Source: Acidobacteriota bacterium
GTDB taxonomy: Bacteria > Acidobacteriota > Thermoanaerobaculia > Multivoradales > JBCCEF01
Assembly: GCA_039030395.1 (NCBI GenBank)
Contig: JBCCEF010000001.1
Coordinates: 54,258 to 118,257, forward strand
DNA length: 64,000 bases
Reading direction: 5' to 3'
The position numbers were made by a program, and so were the translations under genes. The notes under the pieces were generated by a model. It did not search any database. It saw nothing but the letters and a program-made list of their open reading frames with translations, and was not told where the DNA came from. Shown here in pieces: positions 23,839 through 33,013 of the stretch; within the stretch, counting starts at the first letter, position 1, and each line of letters starts with the position of its first letter.

Positions 23839-26800
23839 TCAGTTGAGTTCGCCCCAGCCGCCTTGCAAAACGAAGCTCGCCCAAAAGTACGGATGCTCGA
23901 ACTTTCGCCGGACCTTCTCGCGCGCGAGGCGGAGAGCTTCGGCCCGTCCGTGCTCCTCCAAGGCCGCATAGAAGTCGCCCATGAACGAAGTCGTTACCGC
24001 ATCGTCGACCCGCCAGCGAGCAAGGAGGACCGAGTCACTTCCGGCTCCCAAGACAGCTCGGACAAAACCCACGGGTTCACTGCCGGGTTTTCCGTCAACC
24101 ACTCCAGAATCACACGAACTCAGCGTCACCAGTTGAACTTTCGAAAGGTCGAGCTTGGCCAGATCGATCGCTTTCAAGCGGGCCTCGAAGTCACTCGAAA
24201 GGAGCAGTGAGGACTGCATTGGAATCACCGGGTCGAAAAGCCCGTGAGCGATCACGTGCACCACTTTCGCGTCCGGCATCTTCTCCAGAAAGGCCTCCTT
24301 GGAAGCGACTTCGGTGCGGGCGGGGTCGAACCGGCGAACATCCCCCCGATCGACCAAAATCTGGGAAGCGGCCATCCTGGATAGCGCTCGATCGACGGAC
24401 TTCACCTCACGCACTCCCCCGCGAAGGCGGGGCAGTTGCCGAGGAATCGCGGTCGGCGGAGAGAGGGAATCCGGACTTGGAGTCGGCTCGTAGGGTCCGA
24501 GGGCCGCGAGAACAAGCATCTCCATTTCGGCGGCGCCGCCCCCCGATCCGGCCACCGACCTCTTTTCGAGGTGTTCCATCGCAAAGCTGATCGACGGCAC
24601 CAAGGCCGTCGACGCCAGTGCAGATAGCGGGGCGCCGTCCACCTCCAGAGCCGGCCAAGGGAGGCCGAAGAGATCTTCGTCCGGCGCGACGACCACGACC
24701 TTGCCACGAAGATCGCTCATCCCATCGAAGAGGCAGCGACCGAGGGTCGCCAAGTGAGTCTGAAGCGCACCGGATGGGTCGTCCTTCCGGATCGCCCGCA
24801 AAGCTTCCGGATTCGTCAGATCGAAGGCTGCGCGGGATTGCCTCGCCAGACTCAAGATCTCATCATTCGGACACCGTAGCTCTTCAACGGTCAGTCCTTC
24901 GGACTTGTCAAGCACCGCTCGCAGAGAGATCGACGGACTGACGAAGTAGGAAACCAATACTTCATCAGGCCGCAGCCGTTCCAGAACCGCACCCAGATCG
25001 ACCGGGCGCACCATCGCCGGAGTCGAGGTCGAGCGATAGACATCCCGAAAAACGCGCGCCTTCCATTCCTCCAATAGCCGAAAGACCTCGGCGTCGTCAT
25101 CTGACCGACGGGCGAGTTCGACAGCCCAGGAGACGATCTCGTCCTTGTCACCCAGGAACGACCACTTGTGACTTTCAAGGGAGAGCGAGGAGCGCCCGGA
25201 GCCGATAAGCTCGACTGCCCGATTCGCGTAGCGCTTGGATTCGACGGCATCGGAGTCAGCGAGCAGGCGCGAAAGATGGAAGTTTGCCATCACTCCGGCG
25301 GAATAGGTAGGACCCGTAGCGTTGGCATCCGCCGCCCGAAAAGCCGCGAGCGCCGCCTCAACGTTTCCCGCTTTTTCCAAAGCTCGACCGTAGAGCAGCA
25401 TGATGGGCGCACCATGGTTGGACCAGGTCAAGGGGTCCGAGAAGGTGATGGCCTCGTCGAGAAATAACACTGCCAGCGTCGGCAGCTCGCGCTCCAAAGC
25501 CAATTGGGCGGCAATCTGAAGGATCCCGCTCAGAGCAGAGGTGTGATTGAATTCTCTGGACCACCGCACACCCCTCAGCAGCCAGGTTAGACACGACTCC
25601 AAGTCGCCCAGGCTGAGAGCAGCGGAGGCGGCGTGGACAGCTCCGAGGTTACGGCTACTCGCATTCGCTTCAGGGAAGGCGAGCGAAACCGAAAGACGAG
25701 CATGCTCCAAGGCGCTCTGATGGTCGCCGATCTGACGGTAGTACAGGGCGAAATTGCCTTCGAGAGCCGCCTCTGTGGTTTCTACTTCCCGTGCCAACTC
25801 GGTGAGCTCTTCGAACCCGTCATCGAGCGCACCGCTAGTCAGAAGGCTGGCGAGTCGCAGGTTCATCCACGCGGATCGTGAATCCGCTTCGGCGCGCAGC
25901 CCATCCCTGATGTGCGGGTCCTCGGTGATCTCGAGAGAGCCTGCGAAATCGCCTCCCAAAAAGAGGTGAAAGGCCTGGGACAACCGAGCCTGCAGATACA
26001 GCTCCTCCATCTCAACGCCCGATCGCTCGATCAGGTCTCCAAGGCGCCGAACATACGAAGCGACAGTCAGAGGTCGCCCCGCGTCGACATGGAGGCTGAG
26101 TTCGCCGTCAATCGCTGACGCTAACTCGAGGATGTCTTCCTCCGTCAGATCTCCAGGGGCGATACTCTCTTTTTCCAAGATCAGTTGTCCTGCTGGACCG
26201 GAAAGGTTTCGCTCCACCTCCAGCATCATGTCGGATGTCATGCCGAACCCAAAGCTAGCGGCCCGATATGTGAGCGGAACGGAGGTTTCATAAGACCCCG
26301 CATACCCAAAGCAACCGTCGGCTTTGTGGTAGTCGAAAATGTGCCCTTCATAGATGGCTTCGCACTGAGTACAGCCCCAGGGAGAACCCGCGACCAAGAG
26401 CAGGATCTCTTTCGCCGCATCGGCGTCGACATTGATCAGTTGGATGTCCCCGCGATGAACACCCTGGACGTAGTACACCGGTCGGAGACTCGGGGTATCC
26501 AGAACGAAAGCTGCCAAGTACCCTCCGCTGCCTTCTCGGTATCGACCGACTAGCTGCATCCCCCGTCCCAATACCGGTAGGAACTCGATGGCGGGATCTC
26601 CATAGAAGCGAAAGGACAACGCTCTCAGACCTTCCGGCGCCAGCGCGAGGACGATCAGATGGACCGACCGCCCTCCTCGCATCAGCAGAGCCAGTGTGTC
26701 TTCGCTGGCCCAGTACGATTCAGCTTCGTATAAGCCCAGAAGCATGGGGATTTCTCCGAGGTCTCCGCCCCATGGCGTGCGAGCTTCCGCGGCGAGAAAC

Positions 26801-27588
26801 TGCTCGACCATGGATCGAAGACTCGACACTCCCCTTTCGGACAGCCCTGCGAGCGGGTCACCGACGTCCAACATCGAGTCAGAAAGGTCTGCGAACTCCT
26901 CACACCCGCCGCCTCCACTCAACACTTTGGACAGCATTCCGCCCGCAAAAGAAGAGGGGGAAACCGTAGGCCCTTGAGCCTCCGTAGCCTGTTCGTCAGG
27001 AGCATCCTCAGGTTCGTCTACATAGCGACCGAGGCTGCCGACAGTTCCGGAGTCCAGTGCCGTCAGTACCCTTGCCAAGCGCTGATCGAAAGTAGCTTCC
27101 GACGCCAGACCTGGGGTTCCCCAGTCCCCGCTCGGCGGAAGGAAAGCCCCGAGTTCGTCCTCGAGAGCCGCTCGGAGTTGTTGGAGTTCTTGAGGATCGG
27201 CGCCACGTGGCTCCGCAGAGGCAACCTCCAATGCCTTTTCAGGTAAACCGGCGAGATGGTATTCCCGAGCGAGCCTCAGCCTCGAAACTGCGGAGAGGGA
27301 GCCATCCACCGACAAGGCGGCAGCTTCATCGAGTCTTTGCATGGGGTCACCGAGATTCGCCACACGACGCACTGCGGCCAGGGTGATCAAGGTGTCGACC
27401 GACTGCCTTGCAAACAGGTCTTTATCGAGATCGAGTTCGGCATCCAGGCTACGAAGCGCTTCCCAGGCTTCCGCCTCCCACGCGGTCGTCACTTCTGCGC
27501 CGAAATTTCGAACCGGAATGTACGTCGCTGTATCGGACTGGCCACAAGCCACAGACAGAACCAGCAGAAGAGAAAGAAAAAGGCGCAT
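23839..27588 (-). CDS. TPR-repeat plus CHAT-domain (caspase-like protease) lipoprotein (1249 aa).
   Basis: Lipobox MRLFLSLLLVLSVACGQ. Long TPR/helical repeat region. C-terminal CHAT domain with a His/Cys dyad (VVHVIAHGLFD ... LVTLSSCDSGVVDG) and the trailing YFWASFVLQG block. Confidence 0.8.
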   Translation of the reverse strand: MRLFLSLLLVLSVACGQSDTATYIPVRNFGAEVTTAWEAEAWEALRSLDAELDLDKDLFARQSVDTLITLAAVRRVANLGDPMQRLDEAAALSVDGSLSAVSRLRLAREYHLAGLPEKALEVASAEPRGADPQELQQLRAALEDELGAFLPPSGDWGTPGLASEATFDQRLARVLTALDSGTVGSLGRYVDEPEDAPDEQATEAQGPTVSPSSFAGGMLSKVLSGGGGCEEFADLSDSMLDVGDPLAGLSERGVSSLRSMVEQFLAAEARTPWGGDLGEIPMLLGLYEAESYWASEDTLALLMRGGRSVHLIVLALAPEGLRALSFRFYGDPAIEFLPVLGRGMQLVGRYREGSGGYLAAFVLDTPSLRPVYYVQGVHRGDIQLINVDADAAKEILLLVAGSPWGCTQCEAIYEGHIFDYHKADGCFGYAGSYETSVPLTYRAASFGFGMTSDMMLEVERNLSGPAGQLILEKESIAPGDLTEEDILELASAIDGELSLHVDAGRPLTVASYVRRLGDLIERSGVEMEELYLQARLSQAFHLFLGGDFAGSLEITEDPHIRDGLRAEADSRSAWMNLRLASLLTSGALDDGFEELTELAREVETTEAALEGNFALYYRQIGDHQSALEHARLSVSLAFPEANASSRNLGAVHAASAALSLGDLESCLTWLLRGVRWSREFNHTSALSGILQIAAQLALERELPTLAVLFLDEAITFSDPLTWSNHGAPIMLLYGRALEKAGNVEAALAAFRAADANATGPTYSAGVMANFHLSRLLADSDAVESKRYANRAVELIGSGRSSLSLESHKWSFLGDKDEIVSWAVELARRSDDDAEVFRLLEEWKARVFRDVYRSTSTPAMVRPVDLGAVLERLRPDEVLVSYFVSPSISLRAVLDKSEGLTVEELRCPNDEILSLARQSRAAFDLTNPEALRAIRKDDPSGALQTHLATLGRCLFDGMSDLRGKVVVVAPDEDLFGLPWPALEVDGAPLSALASTALVPSISFAMEHLEKRSVAGSGGGAAEMEMLVLAALGPYEPTPSPDSLSPPTAIPRQLPRLRGGVREVKSVDRALSRMAASQILVDRGDVRRFDPARTEVASKEAFLEKMPDAKVVHVIAHGLFDPVIPMQSSLLLSSDFEARLKAIDLAKLDLSKVQLVTLSSCDSGVVDGKPGSEPVGFVRAVLGAGSDSVLLARWRVDDAVTTSFMGDFYAALEEHGRAEALRLAREKVRRKFEHPYFWASFVLQGGWGELN

Positions 27589-27779
27589 CGTAGCCCGCCC
27601 TAACCTGGATTTCTCATCGACGACCGTAGCGCGGGGACATCAGTCGCTGACGATACAAGGCATTCGTGGGTTCTGCGACGAAGGCGTACCGTCAGTACGT
27701 CGAGGGGCAGCTTCTGCGGATAGAGCAGCAGATTCAGTGGCATACGGTCTCGCAATAGGTTGACGGTGAGAATTCCAGC

Positions 27780-28148
27780 CTAGAACAGAGACATCAGGTC
27801 CAATAGCCTCCCACCGAGGGACGTGCCCCGAGGCGTCAGCACAACGCCTCGTTGAACCGACAACAATCCCGCCAGAATGACCGGAAGGCTGAAGCCAACC
27901 GCGAAGGCCTTCCAAGGCGTCCTCGCTCCCCGATAGGGAAAAATGTACGCCACAACGGATGCCAGACCCAGATAGACGAGGGTCGCGAGAACATACTGGC
28001 CGAGATGGAACTCGAAGGAAGGCATGGTCCAGCGCTTGGAGTACAGCAAGAGGATGTCAGGCGCAATCGCCCCGAAGGCTCCATAAAGAGCCGCACTCAT
28101 TTTGGATCGACTATCCTTGGGCATGCAGTCTCCCCCTTTTTGGATCAA
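27780..28148 (-). CDS. Small hypothetical membrane protein (~120 aa).
   Basis: Three hydrophobic helices. Isolated gene with reasonable codon usage. Confidence 0.4.
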   Translation of the reverse strand: MIQKGGDCMPKDSRSKMSAALYGAFGAIAPDILLLYSKRWTMPSFEFHLGQYVLATLVYLGLASVVAYIFPYRGARTPWKAFAVGFSLPVILAGLLSVQRGVVLTPRGTSLGGRLLDLMSLF

Positions 28149-28376
28149 GCTTCCAATTCGCCCCGAAGGAACGCAACCCGTCTACCCAGGTGCAGAACAT
28201 TCGAGATTGAGGACTCTCAAAGAGATCGTCCGATTCTAATCTCAAAGGCAGCCCGAGAGAATCGCCGCGAATCGGCAGTCCGGCCCCGGATATGTCAGGC
28301 AAGGTTCACCGAACACTCGGATTCCTGAGACTCCGCAACCCAACGGATCGCAACCGGAAGCGATATCCTCACCCCC

Positions 28377-29327
28377 ATGGGTCCCATTCAAACACCGGCC
28401 GACGAGCACTGGAGTTTCGTCGATCTCTCCGAGTCGACGCCCATCGGCACCTGGCGTATCGTGCTCGCCTTTCCCGAAGGTCCACTGGCGGAGCAGGTGG
28501 AGGCGGTGTGGAGCAGCGAGGGAGTCGACTGCTTCGAGGAGCAGGAGATTCTGCCGCGCACCCGCACGGAGGTGCTGTTCTGCGTCACCGATCGCCACTG
28601 GCTGCGGGAGGAGGCGCGGGGAGCGGAGGATCTGGCCTTTGAGACGAGTTTTGTGTCCGGCCTACAGCAGAAACCGCTCCGGGTGGAGTCGCCGCCCAAC
28701 GCGCAGATGTGCGGGGTGCGCCTGCGGCCCGCCGGGGTCGCCAACTTCCTGCGCGATACGCCGCGCGCCATCGCCGGCGAGGTGGTCGAACTGGACGGCC
28801 TGCTCGGACCGCAGGTGGAGCGCCTGCGGTCTCAGGTGGTGGAGAGCCGCGACCTCGAACACCGCACCCGGCTCCTCGCCGGAGCCGTGGAGCGCCATCT
28901 CGCACCGTCACCGCCCCTATCGGCGGCGGTGCGCTTCGGCCTGCAGAGCCTCCATGAGAGCGACGGCAGCACGCCGATCCGGGAGATTGTGCGGGCCACG
29001 GGGTTCAGCCATCGCTATGTGACCGAGCGCTTCCGGGACGAGATCGGCCTGTCCCCAAAAGCCTATGCGCGCCTGGTCCGCTTCGAATCGGCCTTCGAGC
29101 GCCTCCAGCAGGTCGACTCCGTCCACTGGGCGGAGTTCGCCCTCGACGCCGGGTACTACGATCAGGCCCATCTGGTGCGGGACTTCCGGCAACTCTCCGG
29201 GGCGACGCCGACGGAGGTGTTCCGTCGCCGCTCGCCGGACGGCCTGGGGCTGCTCAACGAAGAAGACACGGCGACCCTCCGCGGAGCGCAAGACAACTCC
29301 GCGTCAGGGTCTCAAGCCCGCTCGTAG
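28377..29327 (+). CDS. AraC-family transcriptional regulator (316 aa).
   Basis: C-terminal double HTH (IREIVRATGFSHRYVTERFRDEIGLSPKAYARLVRFESAFERL ... DAGYYDQAHLVRDFRQLSGATPTEVF). Confidence 0.85.
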   Translation: MGPIQTPADEHWSFVDLSESTPIGTWRIVLAFPEGPLAEQVEAVWSSEGVDCFEEQEILPRTRTEVLFCVTDRHWLREEARGAEDLAFETSFVSGLQQKPLRVESPPNAQMCGVRLRPAGVANFLRDTPRAIAGEVVELDGLLGPQVERLRSQVVESRDLEHRTRLLAGAVERHLAPSPPLSAAVRFGLQSLHESDGSTPIREIVRATGFSHRYVTERFRDEIGLSPKAYARLVRFESAFERLQQVDSVHWAEFALDAGYYDQAHLVRDFRQLSGATPTEVFRRRSPDGLGLLNEEDTATLRGAQDNSASGSQARS

Positions 29328-29875
29328 GCCTCGCGCAACCAACCGATCAACTGCTCGTCGACCTGGTCCCGAGCCGTCACCCGCACCCGGTGGGAGACCA
29401 TGCCGTTGAAGCTGCCCGACGCCTCCAGCCGCTCCGTGGGCTGGTCGCCGGCGAGCTGGATGCCGACGTCCACCCGGGTAGCGGTGGAAGGCTGGATCAG
29501 ACCGAACTGCTTGCTCCGCCGCAGACTCACATAGGTCTTCTTGGGCGACAGTTCGACATCCGAGCCGAAGCCCTCGACGGCCGCCGCGAGGTCGTCGTAG
29601 ATCGGTCGCAGGTCCGCCTTCCTGCCGCCATACTGAGCCTCCACCAGGTCGACCGGAGCCGCCGCCGGTCGGTCGCCGGCGCGCGCCAGGTGGGACACCA
29701 GATTGGCGTAGCCGTGGGTCATGCCGTGTTCACCCTTGAGCCAGGCGACGATCTTGCCGTGCTTGTCCAAACCGGTACCGCGCACCAGACCGATCCACTC
29801 GTCGAGGGGGCGGCCGGTCTTCTCGGACAGGTTCGCGATCATCGCCTGCTGCATTTCCTCCGGGGATTTGGCCAT
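29312..29875 (-). CDS. DUF4287 / DUF5655-like protein (187 aa).
   Basis: N-terminal MAKSPEEMQQAMIANLSEKTGRPLDEWIGL...HGYANLV matches the DUF4287 pattern. The C-terminal part resembles DUF5655. It overlaps the AraC 3' end convergently by 16 nt. Confidence 0.55.
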   Translation of the reverse strand: MAKSPEEMQQAMIANLSEKTGRPLDEWIGLVRGTGLDKHGKIVAWLKGEHGMTHGYANLVSHLARAGDRPAAAPVDLVEAQYGGRKADLRPIYDDLAAAVEGFGSDVELSPKKTYVSLRRSKQFGLIQPSTATRVDVGIQLAGDQPTERLEASGSFNGMVSHRVRVTARDQVDEQLIGWLREAYERA

Positions 29876-30071
29876 CTCCAGGTCTCCTGATCATGCGGCG
29901 GGCGGAAGCGCCCGCCGTGTTGACATCTATCTTGACGCAACGCGCCGCGCAAGAATTGTAAGGAATCGACGGTTCCCCGCCGCCAGTCGATTAATTCCAA
30001 GACCGGGCCGGAGAGGTGTGGGACGTTGCGCTCGTCGTAGCTCACATCCAACAGTGCAAGGGAGGAAACTC

Positions 30072-30494
30072 ATGGAAACCACCGTCGCCGAAACCGCACC
30101 GTTCATGCCCTCGCTCCTCAAGGTCGCCGTCGCCGCGCTGACCAGCTTCGTTCTCGGTGGAGTTTGGTACGGCGCGCTCTTCGCCAACGCCTGGCAGCGC
30201 CAGGTGGGCCTGTCCGACGAGCAGCTCGAATCCGCCGACAAGGTCCGCACCTTCGGCGTCTCCTACGTGTTGACCTTTATCGCCGCTTGGGTCTTCGCCA
30301 TGTTCCTGGGTCCGCAGCCGGCGCCGGCCTTCGCCATCGGTGTGGGCGCCCTCGCGGGGCTCTGCTGGGTGGGGGCTTCGTTCGGAATCAACGATCTGTT
30401 CGAGCTGCGCCCTTTCAAGCTGTGGGCGATCAATACCGGCTACCACACCCTGGCGTTCACCCTCTTCGGGGTGGTCTTCGGCCTCTGGCATTGA
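30072..30494 (+). CDS. DUF1761-family small membrane protein (140 aa).
   Basis: Start METTVAETAP. GGVWYGALF motif and four TM helices. Confidence 0.6.
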   Translation: METTVAETAPFMPSLLKVAVAALTSFVLGGVWYGALFANAWQRQVGLSDEQLESADKVRTFGVSYVLTFIAAWVFAMFLGPQPAPAFAIGVGALAGLCWVGASFGINDLFELRPFKLWAINTGYHTLAFTLFGVVFGLWH

Positions 30495-30504
30495 GGGCAA
30501 GAAA

Positions 30505-30535
30505 GGGGCCGGTTCGAGTCCGGCCTTCGGCACCA
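30505..30535 (+). other. tRNA 3'-end-like fragment (T-arm, acceptor 3' strand, ACCA) without the 5' half. Possible att-site remnant.
   Basis: GCCGG-TTCGAGT-CCGGC forms a canonical T-arm. It is followed by CTTCGGC (acceptor strand), A (discriminator) and CCA at 30533-30535. No complementary 5' acceptor strand or anticodon arm could be built upstream. It starts a 557-nt non-coding gap. Confidence 0.5.
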
Positions 30536-31051
30536 CGGACCGGTACGGAGTCTTCTCAACTTCCCCCCGCGGCCGGCCCGTCCCTACCCTAAACCTCCTT
30601 CTCCGCCCGGAGAGCGGCCCTGAAGACCAGCGCGGACTTCCGGCTCTACGCCACACGGCAAGCAGGCTCCACCTCCAACCACAGGGGCCAAACGGTGGAC
30701 GTGGAGCCCGCCGGGCGACGTCCTCCGGGCCGTGTGGTCCGGGAATAGGTTGACCGGTGACCGCGTACAGACGTCCGAGAGATTCGGCACAGTGCGCCGC
30801 GCGCGTTGAGCTACTATTGCGCCTCTGACGTCTTTATTTCGCTGAACAGGAATCTTGGTCGAGACGAGGCTGGGTGGGGCGGAAGTCGAGCCTCCGGTTC
30901 CACCTCCGAAGTTGGGAAGGCCGCCGAGTCTGGTCGCTTCGATGAGTCGGCGAAGCTGAAGGTCCGGCACTCTGCTCGTGGGCGTAGATCAGGGGCTGCT
31001 GAACGAACCTATTTCAAGTGCGTAGGGTGGAGGCGAGAGGAGAAGAAGCCT

Positions 31052-32950
31052 ATGTGGATGTACAGAAAAGTCGAGCAGGGAAGGGCCCTTGTGATCACCC
31101 GCTCCGGAAGCATTTCGGTGTCCTTCACGCCGACGGTGGTGTTCCCGTTCATCAACAAGGTCGAGGTGATGGACATCTCCCTGAAGACCATCGAGATCGA
31201 CCGCCGCGGCAAAGAAGGCTTGATTTGCCGCGACAACATCCGCGCCGACATCAAGGTCGCCTTTTTCGTGCGGGTCAACAAGAACAAAGAGGACGTCATC
31301 AAGGTCGCCCAGTCCATCGGCTGCCGGCGAGCCTCGGACCCCAACACCTTGGAGGAACTGTTCAGCGCCAAGTTCTCGGAAGCGCTGAAAACGGTGGGCA
31401 AGCAACTCGATTTCGTCGACCTTTACACCAAGCGTGACGACTTCCGGGACCAGATCATCAAGGTGATCGGGCGGGATCTGAACGGCTATTTCCTGGAAGA
31501 CGCGGCAATCGACTTCCTCGAACAGACGCCCCTGGCATCCCTCGATCAGTTCAACATCCTGGACGCCCAGGGCATCCGCAAGATCACCCAGTTGACGGCG
31601 ACGGAGCACGTCAAGACGAACGAGTACGAGAACTTCGAGAAGAAGCAGATCAAGAAGCAGGATGTCGAGGCGCAGGAAGCGATCTACGAGCTGGAGCGCC
31701 AGGAGGCCGACGCCAAGGCCCGCCAAGAGCGCGAGATCGCGACGGTGCAGAGCCGGGAAGAGGCGGAGACTCTGAAGGTACAGGAAGAAGAACGCCTGCG
31801 CTCCGAGACGGCCCGCATCAAGACCGCCGAAGACGTCCAGATCCAAGAAGAAAACCGCCTGCGCCAGGTGGCCGTTGCGGCGAAGAACCGCGAGCGGGTA
31901 GTGGCGGTGGAAACGGAGCGGGTGGAGCGGGAGCGGCAGCTCGAAGTGGTGCAGGCGGAGCGCGCCGTGGAGCTGGCCCGCATCGCCAAAGAGAAGGAAC
32001 TCGAACAGGAAAAGCGCCTGATCGCCGACGTCATCCGCGAGCGCGTCGCCGTTGACCGGACGGTGGCCGAAGAAGAAGAGCGCATCAAGGAACTGCGGGT
32101 GCTCGAAGAGGCGAAGCGCACCAAGGAGGCAGTGGTGATCGCCGCCGAGGGCGAGGCCCAGGAAGGCCTGGTCAAGGACATCAAGCAGGCCGAGGCGCAG
32201 GAAGAGGCGGCCAAGTTCAAGGCCCGCGAGCGGTTGATCCTGGCCGACGCCGAGGTCCAGGCGGCGGACAAGGAGGCGCAGGCCAAGATCCGCCTGGCCG
32301 AGGGCATCCAGGCGGAGGAGGCGGCCCTTGGCCTGGCCCAGGTGCGGGTGCGCGAGCAGGACGCCGCGGCGATCGAGAAGCAGGGCCTCGCCGAGGCCAT
32401 GGTGATCCGCGAACAGGGCTCGGCGGCGGCCCAGGCGTCGCGTGAGAAATTCAGCGCCGAAGCGAAGGGCATCGAGGACAAGGCCGCCGCCATGGCCGCC
32501 CTCGACGAAGCCAGCCGCGGCCACGAGGAGTTCCGCCTACGGCTCGAAAAGGACCAAGAGATCGAGCTGCGCGCCATCGAGACCCAGCAGGCCATCGCCG
32601 AAGCCCAGGCCGGGGTGCTCGGCACCGCTCTCGAAAACGCCAAGATCGACATCGTCGGCGGCGACGGAGTGTTCTTCGATCGCCTGGTCAACTCGGTAGC
32701 GAGCGGCAAGTCGATCGACGGCTTCGTCGGCCGCTCGGAAACTCTGCAGACCCTGTTTGTAGACTACCTGGAAGGCCGGTCGAACCTGCCGCAAGATCTG
32801 AAGGACATGGCCGAAGGGGTCGCCAGTTCGCCAGAGCGGCTGCAGGCGTTGACCATGGCGGCGGCGCTCACCAAGCTGCTGTCGAGTTCCGACGGCGCCA
32901 AGCTGTTGCAGAGCCTCGGCTCGAAGGAGTCCGAGAAGGGCGGCGAGTGA
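31052..32950 (+). CDS. Flotillin-like SPFH/band-7 protein with a long coiled-coil tail (632 aa).
   Basis: Strong RBS AGGCGAGAGGAGAAGAAG before the ATG at 31052. SPFH domain in the first ~200 aa. This is followed by ~400 aa of E/A/K/R/Q-rich heptad coiled coil, typical of FloT/YqiK-type flotillins. Confidence 0.8.
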   Translation: MWMYRKVEQGRALVITRSGSISVSFTPTVVFPFINKVEVMDISLKTIEIDRRGKEGLICRDNIRADIKVAFFVRVNKNKEDVIKVAQSIGCRRASDPNTLEELFSAKFSEALKTVGKQLDFVDLYTKRDDFRDQIIKVIGRDLNGYFLEDAAIDFLEQTPLASLDQFNILDAQGIRKITQLTATEHVKTNEYENFEKKQIKKQDVEAQEAIYELERQEADAKARQEREIATVQSREEAETLKVQEEERLRSETARIKTAEDVQIQEENRLRQVAVAAKNRERVVAVETERVERERQLEVVQAERAVELARIAKEKELEQEKRLIADVIRERVAVDRTVAEEEERIKELRVLEEAKRTKEAVVIAAEGEAQEGLVKDIKQAEAQEEAAKFKARERLILADAEVQAADKEAQAKIRLAEGIQAEEAALGLAQVRVREQDAAAIEKQGLAEAMVIREQGSAAAQASREKFSAEAKGIEDKAAAMAALDEASRGHEEFRLRLEKDQEIELRAIETQQAIAEAQAGVLGTALENAKIDIVGGDGVFFDRLVNSVASGKSIDGFVGRSETLQTLFVDYLEGRSNLPQDLKDMAEGVASSPERLQALTMAAALTKLLSSSDGAKLLQSLGSKESEKGGE

Positions 32951-33013
32951 CCTCCCCGGGGAGAATCCTTCCGGATGAAACGACGCGGGTGGTGAGTCCA
33001 AGGGTAGCCGGCG

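Noticed and set aside
30464-30535. Possible complete tRNA gene
   Set aside because: Only the T-arm, the acceptor 3' strand and ACCA are present. No complementary 5' acceptor strand, D-arm or anticodon arm can be formed from the upstream sequence, which is the 3' end of the DUF1761 gene. It is reported as a fragment only.
30989-32709. 511-aa and 341-aa minus-strand ORFs
   Set aside because: They are antisense to the flotillin coiled-coil region. The repetitive GAG/GCC codons give open antisense frames. There are no motifs, and the products are Leu/Gly/Arg-rich.
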